A stretch of DNA of 64,000 nt from the human T2T-CHM13v2.0 reference genome, Homo sapiens. The stretch lies in the NCBI RefSeq assembly GCF_009914755.1, contig NC_060927.1; one strand, given 5' to 3'. Within the stretch, counting starts at the first letter, position 1. Each line of letters starts with the position of its first letter. The position numbers and the translations under genes were made by a program. Below are positions 14,290-34,227 of the stretch, in pieces. Under the pieces are notes generated by a model. It made no database searches. It was not told the origin of the DNA and was given only the letters and a program-made list of their open reading frames with translations.

Positions 14290-15078
14290 TTCATTGCAGC
14301 CTGAGGTCCTGTATATCTTTTTTGATGAGGTGTCTGTTCAGGTCTTTTGTCTGTTTTCAAATTGGGGTTTTTATTGTTGACTTTTAAGGGTTCTTTATAT
14401 ATTTCTGATAACAGTCCTTTATCAGATCAGTTGTTTGCAAATATTTTTTCCCAGTCCATGACCTTGTTTTCTCATTCCCTTGACAGTGACTTTCACAGAG
14501 CAGAGGTTTTTAATTTCAATAAAGTCCAGCTTATCAATTATTTCTTTCATGGAACATGCCTTTGGTGACATATCTAAAAAGTCATCACCACACCCAAGGT
14601 CATCCAGATTTTCTCCTATGTTATCTCCTAGGAGTTTTATACTTCTGCATTTTACATTTAGATCTATGATGTATTTTGGGTTAATTTTTTTTTTTTTTGG
14701 ATAGAGTCTCGCTATTGTTGCCCAGTCTGGAGTGCAATGGCATGATCTTAGCTCACTGCAACCTCCGCCTGCTAGGTTCAAGCTATTCTCCTGCCTCAGC
14801 CTCCTGAGCAGCTAGGATAACAGGTGCCAGCCACTACACTCAGCTAATTTTTGTATTTTTAGTAGAAATGGGGTTTCACCATGTTGGCCAGGCTGGTCTC
14901 AAACTCCTGACCTCAGGTGATCCACCTGCCTCGGCCTCCCAAACTGCTAGGATTACAGACGTGTGCTACTGCACCCAGCCTTTGGGTTAATTTTTATGAA
15001 GGGCATAAGGTATGTGTCTAGAATCCTATTTTTCAAGTGACGTCCAGTTCTCCAAGTACCATTTGTTGAAAAGACCAT
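14290..15078 (-). mobile_element. L1 ORF2 3' fragment containing an AluS (14686-14980, TSD TTTGGGTTAATTTTT)
   Basis: Minus-strand peptide IDLNVKCRSIKLLGDNIGENLDDLG...IDKLDFIEIK, and Alu consensus. Confidence 0.8.
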
Positions 15079-15079
15079 A

Positions 15080-18180
<3,101 letters not shown>

Positions 18181-18849
18181 CAAGAAAAGCGAGCACTGAA
18201 TTTCGCATAGCAGCATGATCATTACATCCTAAGGTGGTATTACTCAAATGGAGCAGATGCTAGTACAAATTCCCATCCAGAACTACCACCCAGCTTGTTG
18301 GATCTGGGCCCCTCTAGTTTTCTACTGATCCTGTCCCCCAAAGAAGCTTCAAGTTTGGGTCTTTCACCACATTCTGTTCTGTTGATATTCATAGATTGAC
18401 CCTAGAAGTGGCAATCACCCTATTTCTATCATTGCTGAAACTGTGCTCCCACTGAAAAAAATATAATATTAACTCCCTGGAGGCACAAATTGAGAGGGAC
18501 AGTTGTTCACATGGAGGGGAGGATAATGTCATAGAACATTGGCTTTGGAGTTGATGAACACCACTTGCTAGCTACATAATCTTGGGTAAGTCTCTCTACC
18601 TCTCCAAGCCTCGGTTTTCTCGTTTTAAAAGTATTTAACAATTCCTACCTGACAGGATTGTCTTCAAGGTACATATGAAAGACTGAAGCAGAATATCAGG
18701 CATGAGGGAGGAACACAGTAGGAATGACTGTCTCCTTTGTGCTGTTGTTCAAAGTGCTCCCCTTAAGCCACGATTGTACAAACTCCCGTTATCATGCTGT
18801 CGGGACTCCAGCTGAAGCCTCCGATGTAAACTGTAAATGAGGTTCTAAG

Positions 18850-19340
18850 CGAGTGGGTCTCAAGCTTAGCTACACATTAGAATCACCTGGGGAGATTAAA
18901 AAACCACATAACAACCCAAAAAACCTGATGTTTGCATTCCACCATCAGAGATTTTGATGAGTTGATGGCACAGTTTGACATTGGGATGTTCAAAAGCTTC
19001 CCGGGAGATGTTAAAATAGGGCCAAGGCTGTGAAACACTTCTAATGCTGCTCGAGTTTTAACGTGCATCAACTCATTGGGGATCTTGTTAAAACTCAGAT
19101 TCTGATTCAGTGGGTCTGGGGTGAAGTCTGAGATCCTGCGTTTTTAATAGGCTACCAGCTGATGCTGATGCTGTTGATCCTGGGATGACATTTTGGGTAG
19201 AAAAACTAACCCATGGGGAGCATTAGAATCACCTGGGGATCTTTTCAAAGCTGAGAATTCCTAGATCTTCCCCTGAGATGGGGCCCCAGCATTGGCACTT
19301 CTTTTATAGGCCAGCCAGATAAGCCTGATGTATTTCTCTT
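18850..19340. mobile_element. Cluster of MER5-type hAT relics
   Basis: Repeated CATTAGAATCACCTGGGGA and CAGATTCTGATTCAGTGGGTCTGGGG motifs. Confidence 0.6.
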
Positions 19341-20836
19341 AGGAAGAACCATGGATCTAGTCTGACCTTTTACGTGTGAGAACACTACCCCCAAGAGGGT
19401 GTACGACCCTTGTCCTGATGTAACTTTCTCCCAAGAAAGTTTGTTAGTGAATGAAGTGTATTTTCAATGGGAACATATTCCGGTGTGTGGGTCCCCAGTG
19501 CTGACTGGGGACTACAATTTGCAGTGTGAGTCGAGCACGAAGGTTTCATTAACACATAGCTCAGAACCTAGCTGTGGAGCAGCCTGTGTGATGAATGGGG
19601 TCTCAGGTTCTACTTGAAGCATTATCACATAATATATCAGTTTTATGTCAAATGAACTGATGGTTTTATGGCCTTTCCATTCAATTTGATAGGGCCCTTG
19701 TCACAGGCTCTTTCTAATCATGCTAGAGGGCATTTTTTGGTGGCGATGACATAGTGATTTATAAAACCCACTTCATGCATCAGCCACATATATGTAAATC
19801 AGAAAAATTTCCTTCTGGGAAAAGGTGTCATTGCCATTCTGTGATAAATAGATGCATAGTCAATGAGCAGACATTCATCAAGACACAGATTTGAATTCAC
19901 GTTTCTATGTACCAAGTAATTAGCGTCGTGTCTAGGAAGTAGTTTTGTAAGGCAGGACCCTCCCAAATGGAAGACTTGCAGCATGTGAGTTGAGTTTGCT
20001 GCCAACTTGACCTTCAAGGTGCTGGAGCAAGATGGCTGGAAACTCAGCTGGAGGTATGGGAGCATCAGCCTTGAGGGTGAAGGAGGGGAAGGGGTGCTTA
20101 AAGGAAGCACCACAGACAGAAGAAGAAAAGACATACTTTTAATGTGTGTGTTTCAGGGTTGCTATAGAACTTAATATTATTTTCCTTATTTAGTCCTCAA
20201 ATCATGGTGCAAGGTAGGAGTTATCTACATCTTAAAGAAAGAAAACTAAAGTGAGAACTCATCTAAGACTTCAACCTAGGTCAGTGTGACTCCAAAGCCC
20301 ATGCTCTTTCTGCTACACGACAATGTTTTCGCAAAAGCACCTGCACGTCAGCATAAGTGAATTATGTCCCTGTGATACCAGTTTTGCTGAGACCAGATTG
20401 CAACTCTCAGCAATTGTACCTGCCATCTGCTTCCTGTGCCCAGCCTTGAATCTGTAAAGACATGACATCAGAAGTGTTAATGCTATATATAGCTTAAAAG
20501 GCTTTAAAAAAATTAAAGAAAAATTCTCTTTAATTGATGAAATCAAAGTGTCAAATATTCCTCATTCTTAGCTACTTGTATGAAATAAAATCATGGGTAA
20601 ATGTCAAAACTTGAAATAATTGGCCACAGAAATAAAATAAATCTGATAGAAATATTTTTATTACCTAAATACTTGTGAAGTGAGTTGGAGGGAGATCCAC
20701 AACATTCTCTTCATAGGCTAACTGAGATATTATACCTAAGAAAGAGCAATAACATTTTTTTAAAAAAGAGCAATTAACTTTTACAAAGCTTTCAACATTT
20801 GCACATCACTTTCACTAATACCGTGTGATCCTCACA

Positions 20837-22135
20837 TCACTTCTGTGATGTTGGTAGGTATGATTTGATCCATTATTAGATAAGGAAATCAAGGCTTAGA
20901 GACTCAGAAATTGGGATTCCACTCTCAGAAATGCTCACACTGCCAGTGATCAGAAGACTAGTCTTCACACTCTAAATCCCACATGTTTTTCACTGCTCAA
21001 GAGAATATATTATTTAAAAACTACTTTTCTACTTTTCCAAGTCTCTGTATAGAAGCAAGAACATATTTACTCCAATAATTACAGTAGCAGAGTATATTCT
21101 TCTTTGCAGAAAGAGATTTGTTGACTCAAATATTTGATTGGGGACATCCTATATAATTTGGGGCCCAGAATGTTATCCTGAATTGGATATTACATATCTC
21201 TGTTTTCTCTATTTTCTCTCTAAATATAAAACTAAAGGTGAACATTTGGTACACAGAAAAAAAAAAAAAATCCCAGCGGCATCTGACCTCTAAATTTAGT
21301 TAGAGAAAATAAAGTCCCCACAAAATAAAGCAATACAAAAATGGGGAAGAGAGATTACGGGTCTCTCTTCAGCTGGCAGAAGAGAGGGCAGTACTGAAAG
21401 CAATCAAATCAATAGATTTTTGGCAAAAAAATTTTTTTAATTTGAATTTTTTTAATTTAAAAAATATATAGGGTGTCCCCAATCAAATATCTGAGTCAAC
21501 AAATCTCTCTCTACATAAAAGAATATACTCTGCTGTAATTATTGGAGTAAATATGTTCTTGCTTCTATATGGAGACTTGGAAAAGCAGAAAAGTAGTTTT
21601 TTGTTTTGTTTTGTTTTTTGTTTTTGTTTTGTTTTGTTTTTTTGTTTTTTGTTTTTGTTTTTGAGACGGAGTCTCTGTCTCTTGCCCAGGCTGAAGTGCA
21701 GTGGCACGATCTCAGCTTAATGCAAGATCCGCCTCCCGGGTTCAGGCCATTCTCCTGACTCAGCCTCCCGAGCAGCAGGGACTACTGGCGCCTGCCACCA
21801 CGCCCGGCTAATTTTTTTTATTTTTAGTAGAGACAGGGGTTTCACTGTGTTAGCCAGGATGGTCTTGATATCCTGACCTCGTAATCCACCCGCCTCGGCC
21901 TCCCAAAGTGCTGAGATTACAGGCGTGAGCCACTGCACCCAGCCGAAAAGTAGTTTTTAAAGACTGTATTTTCTTGAGCAGTGAGAAACGTGGGGTTTAG
22001 AATGTGAAGACTAGTCTTTTGATCACTGGCAGTGTGAGCACTTCTGAGAGTGGAATCCCAATTTCTGAGTCTCTGCGCCTTGACTTCCTTATCTAATAAT
22101 GGATTAAATCATACCTACCAACATCACAGAAGTGA
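20837..22135. repeat. Inverted duplication, ~320-bp arms (20837-21158 and 21465-22135), right arm split by an AluY
   Basis: The reverse complement of the right arm aligns across the whole left arm, e.g. AGACTCAGAAATTGGGATTCCACTCTCAGAA versus TTCTGAGAGTGGAATCCCAATTTCTGAGTCT. Confidence 0.92.
21602..21944 (-). mobile_element. AluY
   Basis: Alu consensus; TSD GAAAAGTAGTTTTT at 21588-21601 and 21945-21958. Confidence 0.92.
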
Positions 22136-22391
22136 GCAAAGAAGAAGTATAGCTCAAAGGACTGGTTTGGGGAAGGAATTCTGAGTCTTCCTTGATGTCA
22201 AGAATATTTGCTGCTTTTATCCTGAGGTGTCTGGCTGGGGTGGAATAAAAGTGTCTCTTATCAGGATATTTATTGAGAAGACTGAGTTCAAACTTTGCAG
22301 ACAGGAGAGGCAGTAGTCTGATTGGGGACACCCTATATAAATTTAAAGTCAATAAATCTATTACCAGATATTTAGGATTGCTTTCTACATT

Positions 22392-24913
<2,522 letters not shown>

Positions 24914-27530
24914 GATTATAGCTCTCCAAGTAGACTTTTAGCATTTCCAGAAAAGAAAATTTTACTCTGTTGATCTTTCCATCCATAGTACCTTCAAGCT
25001 GCCAGGGCTAGCCAATCTTCAATAAATATTTGCTCGGGGGAGGCCAGGTCTATGTCAGTTGCTCTGATACAGTTCTTATCCTTTCCAGAGTGAAACTCCT
25101 CAAAAATCTCCTAGACGGTTGCTTTTTAAAATATTAAAAGTCAGGCACATTTCCAGTTCTCTTGCTTCAGAATTTTTGTACCCTCATTGGCTGTGTAGCA
25201 CTCTTTTAAATCAAAACATTGGGAAGTTGTTATGTGCTCTTATTTTATCTTGCATTTTAAAGGAAATGACTTTTTCTCTCTGCTGAGGCATTTCTTTAAT
25301 AGTCACATGGTGATTTGACATGCATTCAATTTGGTCTGAGCTACATTTGGTGATTTTTTTTTTTGTTTTTTACTTTTAACGTTATTAGAATCTGTAGTAT
25401 TTCTCTTTAGATGAACAAGTGATTAAAAACAACAATACGAAAACACCTCTTTCCTTTACAGTCACTAACTTGACAGTTTAAAATGAAAAAAAAATTTCAA
25501 TTATAACCAACACTAACATTTAATTCCAATTTCCATGTAACATTATAGAACCTGCATTTAAACAACCATGGAATGCTTAATTCTTGTAGGAGGAAAGACA
25601 AAGCTAAAAAACACCAATGAGGAGTTAAAAAAAATTGTGCTAATCACAGTTGCTTTTCCTGATGGGGAGGAGGAAAGAAAAAATACCATTTTCATTAAAC
25701 CACCCAGAGCCAGTAAAATCAACTATGACCAGAGAATTTCCTGTGGATGGCCCTCTCATTTCCTGTCTGAATTATACTACAGAGATGGTTACCAGATAAA
25801 ATACCTAGAATTGATTTAGAGTGGGCAGTGCTTCTTCAGCAGTCTTTATTATAAATGTTAATTCTGGGATCTTTGCCATCCGTGGGGCTTTAGCAGATAA
25901 ATAACACCATTTTTCTTCAGTGTTCACGCTCAGGTGTAAGGCTCACTGAAAGGGAGCTGAGATTTATAGGTGATGTAATTTAGAATTCTAAGCCCATAAG
26001 TTAATGCTTTAGAAATGTCTTCTTTATCTTTTCTGGGATTACAAATGGACAGATCCCTGGCACAGCTCCTCATCTTACTTGGTCTCTCTTCTGCTGAAGA
26101 CCTTATTCTGCCAGATTCATCACTGTTTGCAGTAGAAAAAGCAATGATTTGGTGTAGACAAGAATGAGAAGATTAATGTCAATGACAGAGCAGTGTTTTT
26201 GAAATGTCACCTCCAGTGAGATAAATAATGCTATAGAGCACTTACTAGGTACTAGGTCTTGCACTGGTACTTCGGAAAATGGTACGTAAAACGTGTTTAA
26301 ATTACATAAGCAGTTAAAGCTAATATTTATGTGATGTTTTACATATATTAATCCATTAATTCATTTAATTCTTTCAACAGCCCTATGAGGTATGCACTCC
26401 TATTTTATAGATCAGGAAACTGAGGCATAGTAGAGAGATTATGCAACAATTTCAAGTTTACACAAAAAGTAAGCGGCAAAAGCAGAATTGGAAGTCAGCT
26501 CTCCTGTTTCCAGAGGCCGTGATTTAACCGCTACCATTTATAAAAGAGTTGAGCTCTTACAGAGAGAGGAAATCCCACTTGATTACACCGCAAATCTGAG
26601 CTCCTCCCGTCATGTTTTTCTATGCATTTATGTGCATACACTCACATGTGAATACATTATATGTTTTGTTGCTTTTTGGTTACTGTTGATTTCTTTAATA
26701 TAAATATTTACTTGTTATACACACTTTATTATTTTAGAATAAAACCCCTTGAATCATCTGTTTTATCAGGGCTCTTTTTGATCATTTATTTAGCTGGTTC
26801 TCCCTTTTTCCTATGTGTAGATTCTTTGCTGTCTGTTTTTGTTGAAGAGTGGGCAGCCGGACAGTTCTGTAGATGCTGAGTGTGTGTGGGCACAGCAGCT
26901 CCCCACTAGTGGCTTCACTGGAGGGGACTGGCCATGAGACAGCCTTTGTGCCATCAGGTAGGCACGCTGGCAATGACCACCTTCTTTTGGATTGTAGCTT
27001 ACCAGTGCAGGTCCCCAAATGTTAGTAGGGTCATGGCTTCTGTTTTCAAACAAACAAACAACAACAATAAAAAAACAAAAAAACCTTGAAATAGAAAATT
27101 TTCCTACACAGGCTAAAAATTGCTTCACCTTTTTCATCCTAATCCCTAAATTCAAATAATTGCAAACAGAACTTTTAGTGACCTTGGGAATGTTATTTAA
27201 CTTTTATAAATTATGTTAATCTGATTTGAAAAATGGGAAATGTCCTCACAAAGCTGACATAAGAAACATAACTTCAGAATAATAATAAGAAAGGTAGCAT
27301 TTTGTTGTCTTCACATGTATACATCATTTAAATCTTACAATAACACCGTTGATTAGTGTATTATATATCCATTTTCAAATACAAGGAAACTGAAGTTTAA
27401 GGTGTTAAATAACTTGCCTCAGATAACTCAACAGTTAGTGTAGCCTGACTAATTCCAGGACCATGGTGCTTAGGGCATAGTAGAGGCTCAATAAATGTTA
27501 GCTCTCTTGCAGTGATAAAAACGTAAGCTG

Positions 27531-27826
<296 letters not shown>

Positions 27827-28675
27827 CCTAAGTTGTGGTTGAGGTGATGGGAATGAAAAAGAAGGAATGATATGGTAAACAAGTAAGTAGTGGAGATTTT
27901 TAAAATGCATAGTACACACAGACACGTTTTATAAAGTGGCTAGTGGAGCCTATGTAGTAGTAGGTCTGAAAGGGTTAAACAGAGATGCTCTGAAGCTGCC
28001 GTAGGCAAGGAATCCATTTCACAGGAGCATTTGGTATCTGATGCTAAACACTGCTGAGTTTCCTTCCAAAGTGGGATACATTTCAGCTTCTACCCTGGAA
28101 TGTGGTAGTAACTTACTGCTCCACCTCTTGCGTCTTGCATCTCCACGTATATCTTCTTTCAACTGCCCATGAGATCTGTCCAAAGGACAAATCTGAATTG
28201 CTTTCTTAAAACATACATAAACAAAACATATATAAACAAGAGAGGTTTAACTGACTCACAGTTCTGTATGACCGGGGAGGCCTCAGGACACTTATAATCA
28301 TGGCAGAAGGTGAAGGGGAATCACTTGAGTCCAGGAGGCCACTACACTCCAGCCTGGGTGACAGAGTGAGAACCTGTCTCTTAAAAGAATTTAAAAATGA
28401 TAATAAGTCAATTTTTCACAAAAGCCAGGCATGTGGGGGGTAATATTACGCCAGGGCATGAATATTGAGATGTGGGAATAATTGGAGACTGTCTTGGAGG
28501 CTGCCTACCACCCAGATATATTTAAAGCTTTTTATTCAAAGCCTGATTTATAAAATCTAGTACCATCCCTACCATCACCCAATTACTGGTCTATCTAGCA
28601 TAATCTGTCTTACCACTTTCTCACTCTAAGTTCCAATAATACAAAACTGCTGGTGGCCATTCTCCTAATCTCCTT

Positions 28676-29048
28676 GTATTAGTCCATTCTCACACTGCTA
28701 TAGAGAAATACCTGAGACTGGGTAATGTATAAAGAAAAGAAGTTTAATTGACTCACAGTTCCATATGGCTGGGGAGGCCTCAGGAAATGTAAAATCATGG
28801 CAGAAGGGGAAGCAGGCCCCTTCTTCACAAGGCAGCAGGAGAGAGAAGTGATGGAGAAACTTCCAAACCCTTATAAAACCATCAGATCTTGTGAGAACTC
28901 ACTCACTATCATGAGAACAGCTTGGGGGAAACTGCCCCCATGATCCAATCACCTCCCTCTCTCGACAGATGAAATTACAGGTCCCTCCCTCAACATGGGG
29001 AGATTACAAGATGAGATTTGGGTGGGGACACAGAGCCAAATCATATCA
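28676..29048 (-). mobile_element. MST/THE1 MaLR solo LTR
   Basis: TGTATTAGTCCATTCTC...GCCAAATCATATCA termini. Confidence 0.82.
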
Positions 29049-30476
29049 CCCCCTCCACCCACAATCACTGAGCTGCCTGAGCTTCCTGTCTGGTACCCTC
29101 ATTTCCTCATCCTCCTATGGCTAATGCTGCTTCATCTTTTTAAGACAAGTTCTGGTGTCACCTCCTCTAGGTACCCTCCCTGACCTTCAACCTGAGTTAG
29201 ATATTGCTCACTTGTGTCATTGAACCTGGGACACCCCTTCAACCTAGCATTTACTGCACTGTTTTGAAATTATATCAGTCTGACTATTCTATGAACAGCT
29301 GAGTGCGGGTGCAATATCCTCATCACTGAGATCTGCCAAATGTCTAGCACCTACCAAAATGTCTAGTGCACCATAGGTGCTTAAGAAACATTTGCTAAAA
29401 ATATTTTTAACCAACCACATTTGCAACAGTTCATGAGGCCTTCCTGGTTTGAACTCCAGTTATTGCCCACAAAGAAAAAAGTAAACTTGAGAAAGTAATC
29501 TGTGTTTTGGGTCAACCTTTTCTTTGTCTAAGATATAAAAATTCTACCAATCATCTTGTGGGTGTCCTCTCATTGTTTCTGTTCCTTCTAGGCGTGGGCT
29601 GGGATGTCACTTTCTTATCCTAAGATCTCTAAGATCTCTAAGGCTGAGACAGCTATGTCCATACGGCTTGCTTAGCTGTGTGTTGTTTGCACTCCCAAAT
29701 CCTCACCATATGAGAAAGATGGGCTTTCCAAGTGTCTATGTGAGCTGGTGACGGTTAATGACTTACCGTGAAGGGTATGAGCCAGCCTGTGGCCCCAAGG
29801 TCTCTGTCTGAAGAGGAGAACTATCCTACATGCCCTAGGTGATGGTGAAGCAGCAGATGTGGCCAGAAACAAACAAAAATATGAGGGTGTGACTTGTGCT
29901 AAAACCACCCATGGGCCCTGATAGGCTCACAAGCCTCATAGGCAAAGGATGGTTTATATTCCACTTCATGCCTCTGAAACCTAAGTAGTACTCAGAACAA
30001 TGTTCAATTAAAGTTTTGTGAATAGTGAGGGGACTGGGATTACTAGGTATTCATCTTGGTTCTCACAGCACAAATCCCCTTGAGATGAGATGAGAACAGT
30101 TGGGGTTTAGATATGGCTGGGGACATCCTATATGTCCTCATTCTTCTAGGCTTTTAGGAAATTTAACTCACTGGTTTTGGGGCTATCCACTTCAGGGTGG
30201 ATTAAATGTCTTATATAAAGCTAAGGAACGAAAAAAAAATCCTTATTTATCATCAATCATTTACAAGAGACTCCTGTTGTCCCAACTTCATGGCACCTTT
30301 GGAGACACTAGTTGAGGTTACAGAATTATCTGGATGCTAGAATCTAGTCTCCCTGGTAAACATGCGGTACTTATCCTCTAAGGTGTTTTTACTTCATCTA
30401 AGTAAAGTAAGGAAGGAAAGTGAGGACACTCTTGCTGTGAAGCAGTTTCACTGTGCCCTTGTTATCACTTCAGCTC

Positions 30477-30862
30477 TAATATGGTTTTGTTCTGTGTCTC
30501 CACCCAAATCTCTTGTGGAATTGTCTTCTCCAGTGTTGGAGGAGGGGCCTGGTAGGAGGTGATTGAATCATGGGGGCGGACTTCCCCCTTGCTGTTCTCC
30601 TGATGGTTAGTGAGTTCTCAAGAGATCTGGTTGTTTAAAAGTGTGTGGCACTTCCCCCTTCTCTCTCTCTCTCTCCTGATCTGCCGTGTAAAGATGTGCC
30701 TCTTTCCCTTTCAGTTCCCGCCATGATTATATGTTTCCTGAGGCCTTCTCAGCCATGCTTCCTGTACAGCCTGTGGGACTGTGAATCAATTAAACCTCTT
30801 TTCTTCATAAATTACCCAGTCTCAGGCAGTTCTTGATAGCAATATGAGAACAAATGAATATA
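30477..30862 (+). mobile_element. MST MaLR solo LTR
   Basis: ATATGGTTTTG...CAATTAAACCTCTTTTCTTCATAAATTACCCAGTCTCAGG. Confidence 0.8.
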
Positions 30863-31661
30863 AGCCCGCTGCATCTTGGGCTGCAATTTCCATTTACTTG
30901 ATAAGTCCAGTGAGACAGAACACTCACATAACAAGTAAAGCGAAACAACTTTATTACTCACCGATAGGCATCAAGGAGAGTAGAAGCCTAGGATTTAGGG
31001 TAAGATGGTCCCCCAAGGTTCAGGAAAACTTGCCAGGGTGCATGGAATCTTGTCTGTGCATGCCCCACATGCACTGCAGCTAAAGAACCCCGGAAGCAGA
31101 CCATCCTGCAATTTATACCCTGGGAATGGCATGACTCAATGGGGTAAAGTGTTGAAGAACAACCTCTTTCTAGGAGAGACTGGAACAGAGCTTGAGCTGA
31201 TCTGTCCAGTTCCACCTTACCTCAGAATGTTGAATTCTCAGCACGTTCTACGATTATTCTTGAGATCTACAAGTGAGAAAGGAGGGAGACCTGGGTTGGT
31301 CCAAGGCCACCTGGAGAACTGTCCTGCACCTGCTACTAGGAGTGCCTTCAGGCTTCTCTCCAACTGCCAGCCCAGGGAACTCTCTCCACCTGTTTTTACT
31401 AACACAAAATGTCTTTCAATCACTGCCCACTCAGTGAAACCTTGCTACTTCAGTGGGCTCACATTGGAAGAGTCATGTGCTTGGCACTACTTTGGTCCAG
31501 CCAAAGTCCTTGAAGCAAGAGTTGGCAAAACTTGGCCACCAGCTTGAAATGAGGGGGTAGGGGAAAAATGAGGAGAATAAACAGAAGGTGCTATTTTAAT
31601 TCTCATCCACTATTCCTTAGGAAAATGATAGACTCAAACGAAGAGAAATTCAAAGACCATC

Positions 31662-33190
<1,529 letters not shown>

Positions 33191-33949
33191 TCTGAGACAG
33201 AACAGGAAAAGACTAAGAAAATTGGGAAGATGGATGCTTCTGGAAAAGTAAGGGCTGAAAAGCCTTTTAGCCGGGTTATAGGAGGCTGAGGTTTCAGTAG
33301 ACAGCTTGGAGAAGAAAAGATGGTAGGAGGAACATTGTACAGTCACTGATCAGATCTCAGTAAAGAGAGGCAGGGGCTGAGCTGAAACATTTCAGTCCAA
33401 GAAATGAGGACTCTTTGCCTCTGTACTCCCTGACCAGTGCAATAGTACCTGCAAAGAGTATTCCAGGAGGCGAGTACCACAAAGAATGCAGGGAGCATTA
33501 TGAAGTGGCCTCTTGGAGGAGCCTCATTCTGTCAGGGTGGAACTTACCTCTTCAGGCAGCCTAGTCTTCTTCTCTTCTGAGTTCATTTCTGATATTTCCA
33601 GAAGTTCTTACTCCAAGCCAACCTTGTCTTGCCAAACAGCTTGCACAAACCCTCAAGTCTCTTTTATAATTCAGTGCAAGAACAGCTTGGCCACGATACT
33701 CTGTTTGTGGTCTGGGTCATTAACATGTACTGCAAAGAGCCCAGGTATAATCAGATGCTCCAGGTGGAGTAAAGTCATCTTCTATAGTCATTACCCAGAT
33801 GTTATGTGAGTTGCTTGTATGCCATGGGCAGCTCACTGTCCTCTATCTTGGCTTGCTCCTTTTTCCTGACTTATCACATCCATGTGTGGCCTAAATCATT
33901 AGGGGGTTGCTACTGCTTAGCCTGTTCTAACTTACATACCAAAGAGCTA

Positions 33950-34227
<278 letters not shown>

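Noticed and set aside
30118-30133. TGGGGACATCCTATAT matching the 21.1/22.3 kb junction motif
   Set aside because: The match is too short and does not extend, so it may be chance.
31005-31547. 180-aa ORF, the longest outside the full-length L1
   Set aside because: No recognisable domain, it overlaps LTR-like sequence, and there is no supporting gene structure.
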